NCBI GenBank assembly: GCA_964016885.1
Contig: OZ024742.1
Coordinates: 315,022,001 to 315,086,000 of the forward strand
DNA: 64,000 nucleotides
Origin: Eledone cirrhosa
Taxonomy: Eukaryota
Direction of reading: 5' to 3'
The position numbers were made by a program, and so were the translations under genes. This document shows, one piece after another, positions 1 through 13,234 of the stretch. The notes beneath the pieces are model-generated. The model did not search any database. It was not told the origin of the DNA and was given only the letters and a program-made list of their open reading frames with translations. Each line of letters opens with the position of its first letter. Positions within the stretch are counted from its first letter, which is position 1.

Positions 1-127
1 GACCCCGTAAGGATGAAAGGCAAAGCTAACCTCGGCGGGATTTGAACTTAGAACGTAAAGATCCGTAACTCTATGCCACGAAGCATGTTGTCCGACGCGC
101 TACTGATTCTGCCAATTCAACACCCTA
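1..127 (-). mobile_element. tRNA-derived SINE (main family), truncated by window edge
   Basis: Reverse complement of the family core 'gagttcaaatcccgccgagg..gcctttcatccttacggggtc' seen in many other copies; B-box GTTCAAATC. Confidence 0.85.
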
Positions 128-192
128 AATAACTATTAATAATTGCTGGGAATATTAGATAAAGAACCCTGGAGAGAGAAAAATTGAGCAGA

Positions 193-264
193 TGTGCTGA
201 CGAGGTATCGAACACCACATATATCGGGTTCCAGTTGACTAAATCAGCCACTACTCTACAGGGC
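193..264 (-). other. degenerate tRNA-like head (SINE remnant or tRNA pseudogene)
   Basis: Minus strand reads ggccctgTAGAGTAGTGG...GTTCGATACC, an A-box/B-box spacing; the cloverleaf is not intact. Confidence 0.3.
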
Positions 265-751
265 CATTTGCCACTAATCCCATCTTTTTAGATTTAAAGT
301 CTGAAGCTAGAAGCCTCAACAAATCGATTCAGTTTAGAAGTATTAGGGAAATTTGAAAGTGAAATTAATGGGTAACCTACTCTCTGACGACCGAGAGATG
401 CGGGTTCCTATTTGTTGCAGGCGTCTATATTCACATGTTTCCGTCTCCAGGAGGATTTTCCCGATTTCTTCATTTATTTATTTATTTATTTATTTATATA
501 TTTATTTATTTTGTAGTGATCAAGTATTATTATGGTCATATGCGTTGGGATGCAAATGTTTCTGTATTTCACACACATATATCACAAACACATACATTCA
601 TAAACACATACATACGTACATTCATATATACACACACAAACATACACACACACATATATATATATATATATAATAAAACTATATATATATTATGACTACC
701 TTGATTAAATCTTAACCATTTAACATCTCAGGGTATGTCATGTATCATTAT

Positions 752-792
752 ATTTTGTCTGATGAAGACATCCGAAATATGTATAATAAAAT
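752..792 (+). ncRNA. minimal type I hammerhead ribozyme
   Basis: attttgt-CTGATGA-agacatcc-GAAA-tatgta-TA-ataaaat: stem I attttgt/ataaaat, near-palindromic stem III, weak stem II. Confidence 0.6.
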
Positions 793-944
793 GTAATTGA
801 TCAAAAGAACATCTATTTTATTAATATTTGTATATAATTATTAATAACCTTGGATTTTTTTTTCCATAGAGTGCTTCCAATCTACTGTAAAACTCATTCT
901 TTGATATACTCATCGAATCTTGTTTAACTCTTTAATATATATAT

Positions 945-1623
945 ACGCACTTATACCTCGTATAAGGGTCCTTTTATTTCTGTCCCACCTAGTTTATTTT
1001 TATTATTATTATTTATTTTTTTATTCTTCATTATATATTTTTTTTAAATTTATTTATCTATTCTTTTATTCACTTATTTGTTTATTTATTTATTTATGTA
1101 TTTCTTTAGCCTAGCAATAGCGAGAGACTTAAGTTTTAGTAACCAGACTTTGCTTATTTTTTTTCTCTCTCAGTACCTTTTATAGTTTTCCCTTCTTTGT
1201 TCTACTTACCGTTTCGACTTCCTCCTCCTCCCCCTCCCCAGTATCCTCTTTGACCTAACGCCCAGCTGCAGCCGTCACTACCAACGCATGAATGGGTCTA
1301 CTCCACCCCCTCTCCCCTTTTTCTCCTACCGGCAGGTTTAGCTACCCCTTCCCCCACCAATTTGCCATCACTGATTTACTACTAACTTGTGATGTGACCA
1401 ATCCTGGTGATTATCTCTTTGACCATATATGGAATTACCCCTTGATAAGCTCGGCTATTTAAATACCAGAATAAATTTTCATTCAGTCCAGAATTAGCCG
1501 TCGAAACGGCTTGAGCTCAGCCGTCGGTGTCTTACTTGTTCCTATTACCCACTCTACTACCCTAAATATTGAGTACTTTGGTACGTTATGGTCCACCTGG
1601 TTCCTTACCACATTTCCTTCGTT
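945..1623 (+). mobile_element. Penelope-like pseudo-LTR / 3' end (family A)
   Basis: Homologous to 41915-42504; contains an HHR; ends in the family terminus ttccttcgtt followed by (TA)n. Confidence 0.7.
1437..1530 (+). ncRNA. type I hammerhead, U3-A8 core variant (family A)
   Basis: acccc-TTGATAA-gctcggcta..tagccgtc-GAAA-cggct(tgagctc)agccg-TC-ggtgt. Confidence 0.75.
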
Positions 1624-1866
1624 ATATATATATATATATATATATACAAAATTAAGATAAATCAAATGAATTTAATCTAAATCAAAATTATGGCCAGAAA
1701 GACATGCGCCATATGACCCGCAAAATAAGCTCTAACATTCTAACGAGTAGGTCCGAGCATTTTATAATAACTAGAGATTGATTAACATATAAATAAACAT
1801 GAATAATCACAGGAGATTATCTCCTGTGATTATTCATTTTTATTTATATGTTAATAAATCTCTAGT

Positions 1867-2038
<172 letters not shown>

Positions 2039-2076
2039 AAATGTGTGAGATCCTTGGTACAGTTAGGTATATTTGA

Positions 2077-2343
2077 AAAAAAGGAAAAGAATGACTTCAC
2101 TTGTAGTGTTAAAACATTTTTGATTTAATTTTATAATATAATTTTATAAGTTGTTAGTTCCAGTAAGTTCTTTGTTAACTTCGGTGGGAAGAATTTTAAA
2201 GATTACTGGTTAACTTGGGTTTGATAACTTTCTCGCATTCGTCTGTCTGACTTACTGGATCTATCAACTAATAAAATTGTATTATAAAATTAAATCAAAA
2301 ATGTTTTAACACTACAAGTGAAGTCATTATTTTCCTTTTTTTC
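2077..2343. repeat. fold-back (inverted repeat) element between (TA)n tracts
   Basis: 2077-2134 is the reverse complement of 2283-2343. Confidence 0.75.
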
Positions 2344-2470
2344 ATATATATATATATAGTTAATAAACGAAACATACAAAACACAGGAGGCAATTTTTAC
2401 ACAGTTATACTAGGAACGGAGATGAATTTGTTTTGTGAGGTTTTTGATATGAAATCGTTTGTCGAAACAA

Positions 2471-2968
2471 ATACTGTTATACTTAGGGAGCGTGATATTG
2501 TTGTAATAATATTGTCAGAAATAATAACAGAACACTCACTGTTTGGTTGCTTGTCGCTTCTGTATCTTTTATATCTCCACAGTTAATTCATTTGGTGCTC
2601 AATGTTTATCATTGACTGACCAACGGTCAGATATAATATAGATATAAACACATATATATAATCTAACAAAGTTCTTTCGTTGCACATCTGCAACATCATC
2701 AGTGGTACTATTATGTTCCTCCTGTTGTATTGAATGTCTACGCCATTTTTATTTTATCTGTTTATTTATTTATTTATGTTTGTCTTCTTCTCTGTGCATG
2801 CGTTTGCGTGTGTGTATAGTGTTTGGTGTGTGTTTGCGTTTGGGTGACGGTGTTTTGGTTATTGTATTCTATCTTAGTTTAATAGTGTGTGTTTATATGT
2901 GAGTATGTTCTGTTATTATTTCTGGCAATATTATTACAACAATATGACCCTCCCTAAGTATAGCAATA
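2471..2968. repeat. fold-back PLE-type end
   Basis: 2471-2540 inverted with 2900-2968; the same terminal motif (ttgttatact..ggagggtcat) occurs at 5730, 7635, 44360, 45497 and 49015. Confidence 0.7.
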
Positions 2969-4887
2969 TATATATATATATATATATACTTAAATGTATT
3001 ATATAAAATAAATATCTAGCATAATGGTATCTTATGTGTGTTAATATATTTATTCATACATATGTGTGTGTGACTGTATCTCTTTAAATTTTACACACAT
3101 ATACACAAAATAAATTCCCATGCAGTCATGTTGTTACAATAAGAAGTTCACTTTTCAAAAACAACGTTTGTAAATGAACATACTTATTTCTCTAAAGATA
3201 CTCATACATTTAATTCTATCAGCCTTTTGTACTTATATACTAAACATTTGTGTAATTATATCTTATAAAATAAGTTATTAAGACATCATTTTTATCGTTA
3301 ATCACTTCCAAATGTCAGTAATGAATATAAACTATACGACTTCTCTGTAAAGAATTATTTTAACAAAACGAGAAAATGTTGCAGTTGTATGATTGCTCAT
3401 ATATCCACCTATAGCGATATGTATAGCATGCAGATTCCAGGTGTTAAACATTAAATACGTTCAAAAATATTGTCGTCATAAATGATAACCATCCACTAGT
3501 ATACACATATTAAATATACATATATAATATGAATATGTATATTTAATATATGGCCCTTCTAATGCACGAAATTGCACGGCTGGCGGGGTTTCTTCCTAAG
3601 TGATGATCCTTTTCTCTGGATGTGTTATACATATTCATATATAAAGACCAATAGCCACAACTGACTGCAAAAGCCTCTATAGTGGCTCTGCATTGACAGG
3701 CTTCACCAGTTACGGTAACGTGATGATGATGATATATAAATATATATACATATGGGTGTATATGTATGTGTATATATGTATTTATATGTATATGTGTGTG
3801 TACTCGAATGTATTTTGATATATATAATTTAAATTATTTTCTTGACATTTGCGATTTCCATTTAATTAAATGACACATGCTATTTGTTACACTGAGACCG
3901 TCTTCTCTTCCATCCACCCTCCTTTTCCTTCATTACCATTCAATATAACTTCCATTTTATTCTACCCACTGTGTATTTGTAGATTCACAATTACCTACTT
4001 CCATTATGAGCATTGCCGGAAAACATACATGTTGAGAATTATTATATGTGGATCCCAATAAATCGTTTAACATATATATTGTACGTAGAATTTCTAAACT
4101 CATGCGTATTTCGAGATGGATACAAATATATAAATTTGTAAATAGAAACATATACATGGAATATATATATATACTGTATGTACACAAACATTAAGTTGAA
4201 AAGGAATATGGCAGAGGTAAACAATTAAAGTAAACATATTAACATTTGCAGATAATATTTAAATTGAACAAAATACATATATTATAATATATTTTACTGA
4301 CCTGCTTCCATATAAGGATAAGCGCTGAAAATCCCGTAATATCCACTGAGGGAAGACATCAAAGCCGCTAACAGTAAAGTATCCTTATACAGAAATTTTG
4401 TCAGATATATCTGGCTTATTTTGCTTAATTAGAATATAGCTTGGTTTCTTTGGTATTGCTTTAGTTTGCACTGATATTGATCTTCTTCTTTGTGATTTGA
4501 GTTTCGATTTTTTTTCAGTGGATAACCTTTTGTTGTTATCTGAAAAAAAAAAGAGTAAGCAAAGAATTTAATATTTTGCTCAAAATTATGCAAGGAAATG
4601 TTAACTGTCATGGACATTTAGAGTTATTTTCGTATGTATGTATTAGCCGTCTACCTATGTACCTCATACATACACATGCATACACACACTGTTCTGTCAC
4701 ATTTTTGCCGTTACACAGCATACGGAAAATAAAGGAGCTACATAATAAAAATATATATATATATAGTAATAATAATAAATGTGAAGACTAAAATCCGAAG
4801 AGAGCTCTATAAGGATAATATATATATATATATATATCAAATATATAAAATCCATAGAGCAAATATTTATTAAAATAGCAGATTAAA

Positions 4888-4970
4888 GTTTAAGCAAAGA
4901 ATCGCTGCTTTCACCCTTGACGGGATCTTCAGAAAATCCCGTTAAGGGTGAATGCAGCGATTCGTAGCTT
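4888..4970 (-). repeat. hairpin element with HHR-like core
   Basis: Near-perfect hairpin; minus strand CTGAAGA-tccc..gggt-GAAA-gca..tgc-TT-aaac; relative at 61230-61330. Confidence 0.5.
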
Positions 4971-5074
4971 ATATATATAACGTTATAACGTGAAGTTACT
5001 GTATGTTCACCCAGGTGACCACTCAATGATTAGGTTAATGTCAGTGGTGAGGTGTAGAGCTAGATAGAGTGTAA

Positions 5075-5368
5075 TATAATAATATAATAATACAAGGACG
5101 ATTTGTTAAGCCTTCATTACGTTTAATGATTAGTGACGCGCGTTTCTCTATTGATCAGCGCAAGGTTCGATGTGTATCAATCTTGCTCGACTCTGAAATC
5201 GAAAGCTCGTCGGACCTCTGCTGTTGTAATGACAGATTTTGATTCCAGCGTAGGGCCAGGTCGATACACATTGAACTTTGAGCTGATCAATAGCGAAACG
5301 CACGTCATCAAACATTAAAGTTAATAAAGGCTTAACAAATCGTCCTTGTATTATTATATTATATTATA
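5075..5368. repeat. fold-back element
   Basis: 5075-5178 inverted with 5263-5368 (diverged arms). Confidence 0.7.
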
Positions 5369-5384
5369 TATATATATATATATA

Positions 5385-5539
5385 AGGGCAGTGGATTGGC
5401 ATTATCGGTAGAGGGTTGGACACCATGCTTCAAATCCCGCCGAGGTTAACTTTGCCTTTCATCCTTACGGGGTCGATAAAATAAAGTACCAGTAATGCAC
5501 TGGGATAAGTGCTGGCCTTGTGCCAAAAGTAGAAACAAT

Positions 5540-5540
<1 letters not shown>
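5385..5540 (+). mobile_element. SINE (main family, internal deletion)
   Basis: gggcagtggattggc head, gcctttcatccttacggggtcgataaa core, gtagaaacaattat tail. Confidence 0.85.
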
Positions 5541-5574
<34 letters not shown>

Positions 5575-5808
5575 ATATACATACATGTTTATACTTATAT
5601 TTATATATTTATAATTGTTGGTCATTCAATGATGAAGATTGATTGCCAGCTAAATTATTTATAAAAATATAGGAATTTACTGAACCGAAAACCAAACCAA
5701 ACCGTGGGTGGTTTTACGATTTATTAGGACAATATTACCCTCCCCGAATATAACAGTATCTGTTTCAACACAAAGACCTTGCAAAACAATTGCATCGCCG
5801 GTATCTGC

Positions 5809-5843
<35 letters not shown>

Positions 5844-6087
5844 GGGGGGGGGGGGGTATAAAGGCTATATAAAGCCGTATATGATATTTTTGTAGAGTAT
5901 ACACTTATAAACATACAAGAGACTCGCTGTGAATATATTAAGTTGAGGTACCCGGCTTGTGGCCGGGAGAATAGTTAAGAGAAGACGGATAAAAGAGAAA
6001 ATGAGTGTATTGGGTGTGTTGTCTGGTATGGCGAGAGACCGTAATGTGTGTGTGTGACTGTGTATGAGTTTGACATAAAAAAATCAA

Positions 6088-6318
6088 TCATAAAACTTCC
6101 TTATTAGGCTGGGGGATTAAACTGCCGATTAAATTGTAGCATTGGCCTTCGATTTTAAATGTGAAATAACCATAGTCAGTATGATCTTTTTCAGCTCCAA
6201 AGGACGTCATCTGAAACGCAGCAATATACCACATAACATTGCTTCTGGAGTGTTTAGCTTCGTTAGTACGGTCTGTAAGTAGTATATGATTAAAAGCTGG
6301 AGGGTAGATTAATTTCAA
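6088..6318 (-). pseudogene. Helitron Rep/Hel N-terminal fragment
   Basis: YIAAFQMTSFGAE..FTFKIEGQCYNLIGSLIP resembles the conserved Helitron motif YNSAFQMTSFGA..TFKIQGQVYHxIGSLLP. Confidence 0.75.
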
Positions 6319-6482
6319 ATAGTATTAATTTTTCTTTGTTCTGTAAAATCAAAGATTGTAAAACAACATTATAAAAGCTAACGCTATATTGTTAAACCTT
6401 CAACTGATAATTTGATCTACAGTTTAAGCCAATTCTAGACTTTTGTGGGATGTCTCTCTCTCTCTCTATATATATATATATG

Positions 6483-6524
<42 letters not shown>

Positions 6525-6784
6525 TTTCTCCGGATTACTTTTGGAACTACAACTGGAAACGTCGAGCAAACTCTACGTGAGCTGTCCACCTACTCTGGGT
6601 AATATTTATATTACAACACTACGGAAAATACTGTATATATATATATATCTTTCTTTCTGCCTCTCCCTCTGTGTCCCTCTCTCTTTAGATGTGTGTGTGT
6701 GTGCGTGTGTGTGCATGTGTGTACGTGTGTATAGATTTCGTGTGTTACAACCAGCCAACCAATAAAAAATCTCTCCTTTGTATT

Positions 6785-6952
6785 ATATGTAGGGTCGGAC
6801 GCCATGCTTTCCAGCATAGTTACGTCCCTTTACCATCTGAGTTCAAATCCCGCCGAGGTTGACTTTGCCTTTCATCCTTACGGGGTCGATAAAATAAAGT
6901 ACCAGTAATGCACTGGTAATTGCTGGCCTTGTGCCTAAAGTAGAAACAATTA
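6785..6952 (+). mobile_element. SINE (main family)
   Basis: Family B-box, core and tail. Confidence 0.85.
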
Positions 6953-7220
6953 TATGTAGATAATGACCTTTCCAACAAATTGTCAATCTGTCAACTTGAT
7001 TTTCGGAAAGATAACAATGGTTTTAATGAATTGCCACAGTTCGCTGATCTTCCACATTTTTAGGATTACAAGAATGGGTTCCCAAATTCTAAAAAGAAAC
7101 ATTCATTCAAAGTTGAGACCAATGTCTAAACAAGGAATAGTTATTTCCAAATGTCTATATGTTAAAGTACATATATATTTGGCTGTTAGTTTGTATGTGT
7201 TTTCATGTTCATACAACTGT

Positions 7221-7291
<71 letters not shown>

Positions 7292-7341
7292 CTATCTATT
7301 CCCCCACTCGTCTTAACGACTCTGACAATTCGCCTTATATA

Positions 7342-7488
7342 AGCTCAAGCCGTTTCGACGGCTATTTCAGTCCAAAAATGGCTGTCGAAACGGCTCGAGC
7401 TCTGCCGTCGGGGTTAAACTTTTTCCTATTACCCACTCTACTACACTAAGTATTGAGTACTCTGGTGCGATATGGTCCATCTCCTTCG

Positions 7489-7490
<2 letters not shown>
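7342..7490 (+). mobile_element. family A short fold-back end
   Basis: Inverted 5' piece plus 3' half of the HHR (GAAAcggctcgagctctgccgTCgggg) and terminus ccttcgtt-(TA)n. Confidence 0.75.
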
Positions 7491-7574
<84 letters not shown>

Positions 7575-7578
<4 letters not shown>

Positions 7579-8480
7579 CGTTTCTGAATTTGTTTAGCAA
7601 GATTCTTTATCTAAAAACGTGTGTTGAAACCGATATTGTTATACTTTGGGAGGGTCATGTTGCCAATAAGAAACACACGCACCAGTTGCTTTCACTCCAA
7701 TTTATTATAAATAAAATTTATAGATTTAAGAATTTATATATTTCCGGTTGGTTGGTTCCACAACCAGACGATTGTTCATATATTGTCAAAGTTCTTCCGT
7801 CACACATTCTGTGACCTCTTCAGTGACTGGGGATTCTTTTCTTTGTGTTTGTGCATCTCCTTTGTTCTGTCCTATGCCATCTTGTTTTTGTGTGTGTTGT
7901 GTGCTTAGTTTGCGCATGTGTTACATCCGGGTGTATGTGTGTGTTTATATTTGTTTATTTATTTGTTAATTTGCATGTTACTGGTTGGTTGTTTGTTCTA
8001 CATGTGTTTTCATTTTGTCCTTAATTGTAAGTTGTGATGTTGCTATTCCATTCATGTTTTCTATTTAATTTTGGTTGGAGTTCATTTATGTTTATTGCCT
8101 CTGTGATTTGTCTAAACATTGCGTCTTTTCTGTGTGTAGATTCTATTTTTATTTCTATGTTCTCTAATTTACCTTTATGTTCTATTTTAGCATGTTGGTG
8201 GAGTACAGATGATTCTTTTCTATCTTGAAGCTCTCGCCAGTGTTCATTTATCCGTTCTCCTATACTACGAGCTGTCTCACCTATGTACACTATATTCTTA
8301 TCTCTACATTGTCCTTCAGTACATCTCATGCTATATACTACATTTCTAGTTTTACAGTTAATATGGGGCTTAGTTTACAGATTATACATTTCTTATCTAT
8401 ACAGGGAGGTCTTTGAAAAGGGTATGTATTGCTAATAAGTGTTTTTCTTGGGGTACCTGCTCTTTCTACTATCTTAATAT
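7575..8480 (-). mobile_element. Penelope-like element 3' fragment with inverted tail
   Basis: GIY-YIG ORF, 3' UTR with an HHR-like motif at 7785-7827, flanked by (TA)n; second copy at 48483-49040. Confidence 0.8.
8021..8329 (-). pseudogene. GIY-YIG endonuclease domain of a Penelope-like element
   Basis: C..C..VYIGETARSIGERINEH...LHQH...H...RQITEAINI...PKLNRKHEW, typical of the PLE GIY-YIG C-terminus. Confidence 0.85.
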
Positions 8481-8499
8481 TATATATATATATATATAG

Positions 8500-8682
8500 T
8501 AATAATTGTTTCTACTTTTGGCACAAGGCCAGCAAATACCCAGTGCATTACTGGTACTTTATTTTATCGACCCCGTAAGGATGAAAGGCACATTTAACCT
8601 CGACGGGATTTGAACTCAGTCCATAAAGTGACGTAACTGTGCTGCAAAGCATGGCGTCCGACCCTCTACCGATACTGCCAAT
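8500..8682 (-). mobile_element. SINE (main family)
   Basis: Reverse complement of the family consensus. Confidence 0.85.
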
Positions 8683-9620
8683 ATAGTAATAATAAATGTA
8701 AAAACTAAAATCCGAAGAGGGCTCTATAAGGATTATACAAATATATATACATCCATATCTATTCTCCCACCTATACGCACGCACACATATATGAAGTGTG
8801 AGAATATATAGAGCTATGCATGAGAACGTCACGGAAACTGCGATTGCCCTTAACGGCAAGGATAGCTGGGGTTAGCGGAGAAGAGAGAAATGACAGAAAG
8901 AGAAAGGAGGTGTCATAAGCATGATCGATTATGTTAATGATGGTATGATATGAAGGGATTATAAATGAGGGCGAAAGGAAGGTGATTGATAGGTGTTTAT
9001 CGCGTTTCTTTTTCATCGGTACAGCTTGAACATGTTGGTCGTGAACGAACAACGAAACGTATGTATCTGATATGGCGTCGTAGTACTGAGCTGTATAGCT
9101 ATATATGAATATATATTTGAATGTATGGGCATATATGTAGAGATGTATGTATGTAAGGAAGCCATATACATATGCATGAATGTATATATTATGTACATTT
9201 AATCGATAATATATATGTAGGCTCACGTATATCATTTTTTTTTATGCATTCACATGCAGATATATTAGGCTTTTCTAAATTTTCCATATTAATCCATTAA
9301 ATTGAGATGTTATGAAATCGACTGTATTAGATGTATGAGAAATATGAGAAATATTACATAATGCAACACGGAATATCTGAATTCATTAAATCCCATGTAA
9401 CGTTATATTTCTAGCGTTTCACTAAATTAATATTGATGTTATAAACCATAGGTTTAACAATTTTAACATTTCACTGAAATTATATAATTCCTATGTTCAG
9501 TTGTATAATTGTTTTCATTTCATGCATGCATGACAGCATATGTACAAGCACGTTTAGAGATATATACATCGATCGGTTAATAGATAGATAGATTTATAGA
9601 TAGATAGGTTAATAGATATC

Positions 9621-10575
9621 TTTCTTTATTTGCCACAGGGGCGTACAAAAATGGAACATTACAAGAGGTGACGGCAGGGGTTTTACATAAAAATAACTTT
9701 AACATTAATAAATAACAATAAACTATATATAATAAAATAACAATTGAAATCCCCAGTAGAGGGGAACGTTACTGCAGAGTTGTTTTACACCCCATGGATA
9801 GAACAACCCTCAACACCAGGAACACGTTTTGTAGGTGTTCCTGTCTTCCCTCTGTTTATCTTCCTCAAACTACAGGTTTATATACAGAGAAGGCCCATTC
9901 ACTCGTGCAGTTTTCGCCACATTCACCCACCTTTCAGCGAATTTATTGGGGTGTAGCACCTCTCTCTTCAATCTCACCTTCCTTTTGAAGTGATACTTAA
10001 AGAAGGGCATAAGTTGTTGTCCGGAGAGAAAGGTGTTTGCCCTCAGTCCTTTTAACCTCGTCCACCATATTACCCCTTTCGCCATAGCCACCAGACATAG
10101 GAAAACCGCATCTCCTTCGTTCTTAAATGAAGGCGGCGGGGTGATCCTCACGATGGACTCAGTTGACAACTGGATGCGTCCCACACGTGACAGCAGCTGT
10201 TCGACATAATTCCACAGGTCGGTCACCCCTGGGCACTGAACAATTGCGTGCAGAACGGTTTCGATGTCCTGCTCGCATCTTGGACAGGTCCTTTTGGCAG
10301 GATCTCTGCCAGGGCGTCCGTGCCTGTAGATTTTGTCTGGAACTGGTAGAGCTCCTCGGTAGCACTGCCAGGTCAGAGACCTCTGCAAGTCATCCATAGG
10401 CCCCGGACGGAATGTCCTCCCGAACAGACTGGTCAGCTCGTCCTCCTCGATGCCTAGAGTTTCCCCGAGAACGTCGTCGTACTTATCCTCCACTAATCCC
10501 CTATAGAATGTCGAAGTGAAGTCTCCGCTGATTGCTGTTTCCGCTTGGTAGAGGGCTGTGAGCGCCTTTACCAAG
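9621..10575 (-). mobile_element. 5'-truncated Tx1-like LINE (ORF2 C-terminus plus 3' UTR)
   Basis: Protein aligns with the 17863-18855 ORF (CPRC..ETV.HA.VQC zinc finger, RVNGPSLY end); embedded in GATA repeats. Confidence 0.9.
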
Positions 10576-10611
10576 ATAGATAGATAGATAGATAGATATA
10601 TAGATGGGTTA

Positions 10612-10669
<58 letters not shown>

Positions 10670-10794
10670 GGGTTAATAAATAGATAGATAGATAGCCTGT
10701 TTGATTGATGGTTGGTAGCACGCACACACGCATACACACACACACACACATACATACATACATACATACATACATACATACATACATACATACA

Positions 10795-10822
<28 letters not shown>
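10576..10822. repeat. (GATA)n, (CA)n and (CATA)n microsatellites
   Basis: Read directly. Confidence 0.95.
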
Positions 10823-10825
<3 letters not shown>

Positions 10826-11321
10826 TAATACAATAACAGAGAAAGCTTTACGCTAAACTCCGACCGGTAACCATCTCACTCAACAAACATTAGGTTATAC
10901 GTTAGTATAAACCCAATTTAGTGTCTGAGGTGCTAACTATATGTATTTTGTGGAAAGCCAGTTGTATTATTTTATATGAGATATAATTAAAATTAAAATA
11001 TATATCTCTTTCCAAACAATTGTTTCATTATAAGTATTCTACAAGTTGGGAGAATATTTTCAGTTTATGTAGAAGCCTAATATATTTTCATGTAAGAATA
11101 CAATTAGGTGGGCACTTATAAATCGTCAGTGGAAGCCCATTAAACTTTGATATAAGAAAAACTTCTTACCACAGTTAATTTTCGTGTCTGCTAATTTGTC
11201 CCTTCACGCATCGAATGACCGCCAAATTTGAAATTCCAGCAGTCCTTTGACTGAGGAAGTAGCATAGCGTCATGAAGCGGGAAAGGGAGACAATCACGAG
11301 TCACGAGAAAAGAAAAATAAT

Positions 11322-11817
11322 ATACACGTGGGTTAATTAGTTTTTTCAAAAACATTATCAATCCTTCGTGTTAAGAACTCAATTAATTTAAAAAAATAAA
11401 TGTATGCGTGTATTAATTACACACGCATATAGATATTTTCTTAGGCTAAAAACAGAGAAGTGATACCTGAATAACGAACAATATCTCACAACTGTAACAA
11501 ATACGGAAAGTTACGCCTTAAAAGACATTTGGGAATGTAAATCTCTGGCCAAATTAAGAGTAAAATATTTAATACACGCGGGTTAATTAGTTATTTCAAA
11601 ACCAATATCAATTCCGCGTGTTAAGAACTCAATTAATTTAAAAAAATAAATGTATGCATGTAATTATTTACACACGCATATAGATATTTTCTTAGGCTAA
11701 AAACAGAGAAGTGATAACCAAAAAACGAACAATATCTCATAACAGTAAGAAATACGGAAAGTCATGTGTATAATGTACCTGGAAATAAAAATGTCTGGCC
11801 AAATCAAGAATAAAATA
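11322..11817. repeat. tandem duplication of a 250-bp unit (2 copies)
   Basis: atacacg.gggttaattag recurs at 11322 and 11572 with colinear downstream sequence. Confidence 0.85.
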
Positions 11818-11880
11818 TATATATATATATATATAGTGACTAAACATAAGTCAATTGCATTAACTCATAATCCTTTATTT

Positions 11881-11936
11881 ACTGCTATATATATTTCGAT
11901 GATAGCCATTAAATGGCTATGACCTCATCAGGCAGT
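11881..11936 (-). ncRNA. canonical type I hammerhead ribozyme
   Basis: actgc-CTGATGA-ggtcatagccat..atggctatcatc-GAAA-tatata-TA-gcagt; second copy at 42632-42687. Confidence 0.85.
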
Positions 11937-12336
11937 TAGTCAGTTCTTAGATATGCCAGCTCTGTGTTTATAGTGTTGATGGTATCAGAGCCTTGGGACA
12001 TATGAGCTTGTTAGGAATAATTTAATGTTGTCAGCAGGAATATAGTCTTCATTCTCATTGGTCAGTTTGTAGATGCTAGTAGGGTTGGTATTTGACCTCA
12101 AAGAGGCAGGCGGTGTTGTAAAGTTCAAACCGCCAGGTAAGATGACTGATTTTCACAAAAAGCATTCCTGGTCAGATATATATTCAATTAAGGTTAATAG
12201 TATGAAATAGATACTAAAGGTCATTCTTAAATTGAGGAATTTATGTGGAGTGGTGCTACTGAAAATTATGGTTAGAGTAGAAAATTTACAAAGAAAAAGA
12301 CTTATGTAGGTTGGCTTTACAAATAAAAAGACTTAT

Positions 12337-12490
12337 GTAGAAAGGCTTCTACAGAACTAGAACTGTTTCCTTCAAAGAAACAGTTCTAGTTCTGTAGAAG
12401 CCTTTCTATATTAAATATTTATACTCTGCTATGTATTGAGTACCTTACTTACTGTGGTTACTCCCGTTAGAATCCGGGATACTCCCAGTT
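12337..12490 (+). repeat. fold-back PLE-type 3' end
   Basis: tagaaaggcttctacagaactagaactgtttc inverted with gaaacagttctagttctgtagaagcctttcta; relative at 54110-54222. Confidence 0.7.
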
Positions 12491-12577
12491 GAATCTCTCT
12501 CTCTCTCTCACTCTTTCTCTCTCTCGCTCTTTCTCTCGTTCTGTCTCTCTCTCGCTCTCTCTCTCTCTCTCGTTCTG

Positions 12578-12683
<106 letters not shown>

Positions 12684-12761
12684 TAGATATATATATAATA
12701 TATAGATATAATTATAATATAACAGGAGACTAGACTTGTGTAAATCCTAAAAAGGTTTATT

Positions 12762-12819
12762 ATACTATGATCATTTCAATGACCGGGTTCCGTATGAATC
12801 CGGTGATATCATCAGGTAT
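12762..12819 (-). ncRNA. type I hammerhead ribozyme (inverted copy)
   Basis: Reverse complement of 12941-12998. Confidence 0.8.
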
Positions 12820-12940
12820 TCGAAATATAACAAATAAAATATAACAGATAAAATCCATGGGGCTGAAAATCGGTCGTCCTCTTGTCTTTGATTTTCAGCC
12901 CCATGGATTTTATCTGTTATATCCCTTTGTTATATTTCGA

Positions 12941-12998
12941 ATACCTGATGATATCACCGGATTCATACGGAACCCGGTCATTGAAATGATCATAGTAT
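12941..12998 (+). ncRNA. type I hammerhead ribozyme
   Basis: atac-CTGATGA-tatcaccgg..ccggtcatt-GAAA-tgatca-TA-gtat; palindromic stem III. Confidence 0.8.
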
Positions 12999-13179
12999 AA
13001 TAAACCTTTCAAGGATTTACACAAGTCCAGCCTCCTGTTATTTTATAATAATTAACTCCGTACTCGCACCACAACGAAGACGAGTGAGTTGCATTATGTT
13101 GAGTGTTCACCATAACATTACATCGAGATTGACCATACGGAATGACCAGTTCTATCCAGTGGTGAACCAACTAACCTAA

Positions 13180-13234
<55 letters not shown>

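Larger units (their letters stand above)
12712..13183 (+). mobile_element. PLE-type end with about 160-bp inverted 5' arm, one HHR on each arm
   Basis: 12712-12870 inverted with 12890-13048; related 3' tail at 49190-49415. Confidence 0.75.

Noticed and set aside
5278-5312. CTGATCA..GAAAcgcacgTC HHR-like motif
   Set aside because: G8 is replaced without compensation and stems I and II do not pair well
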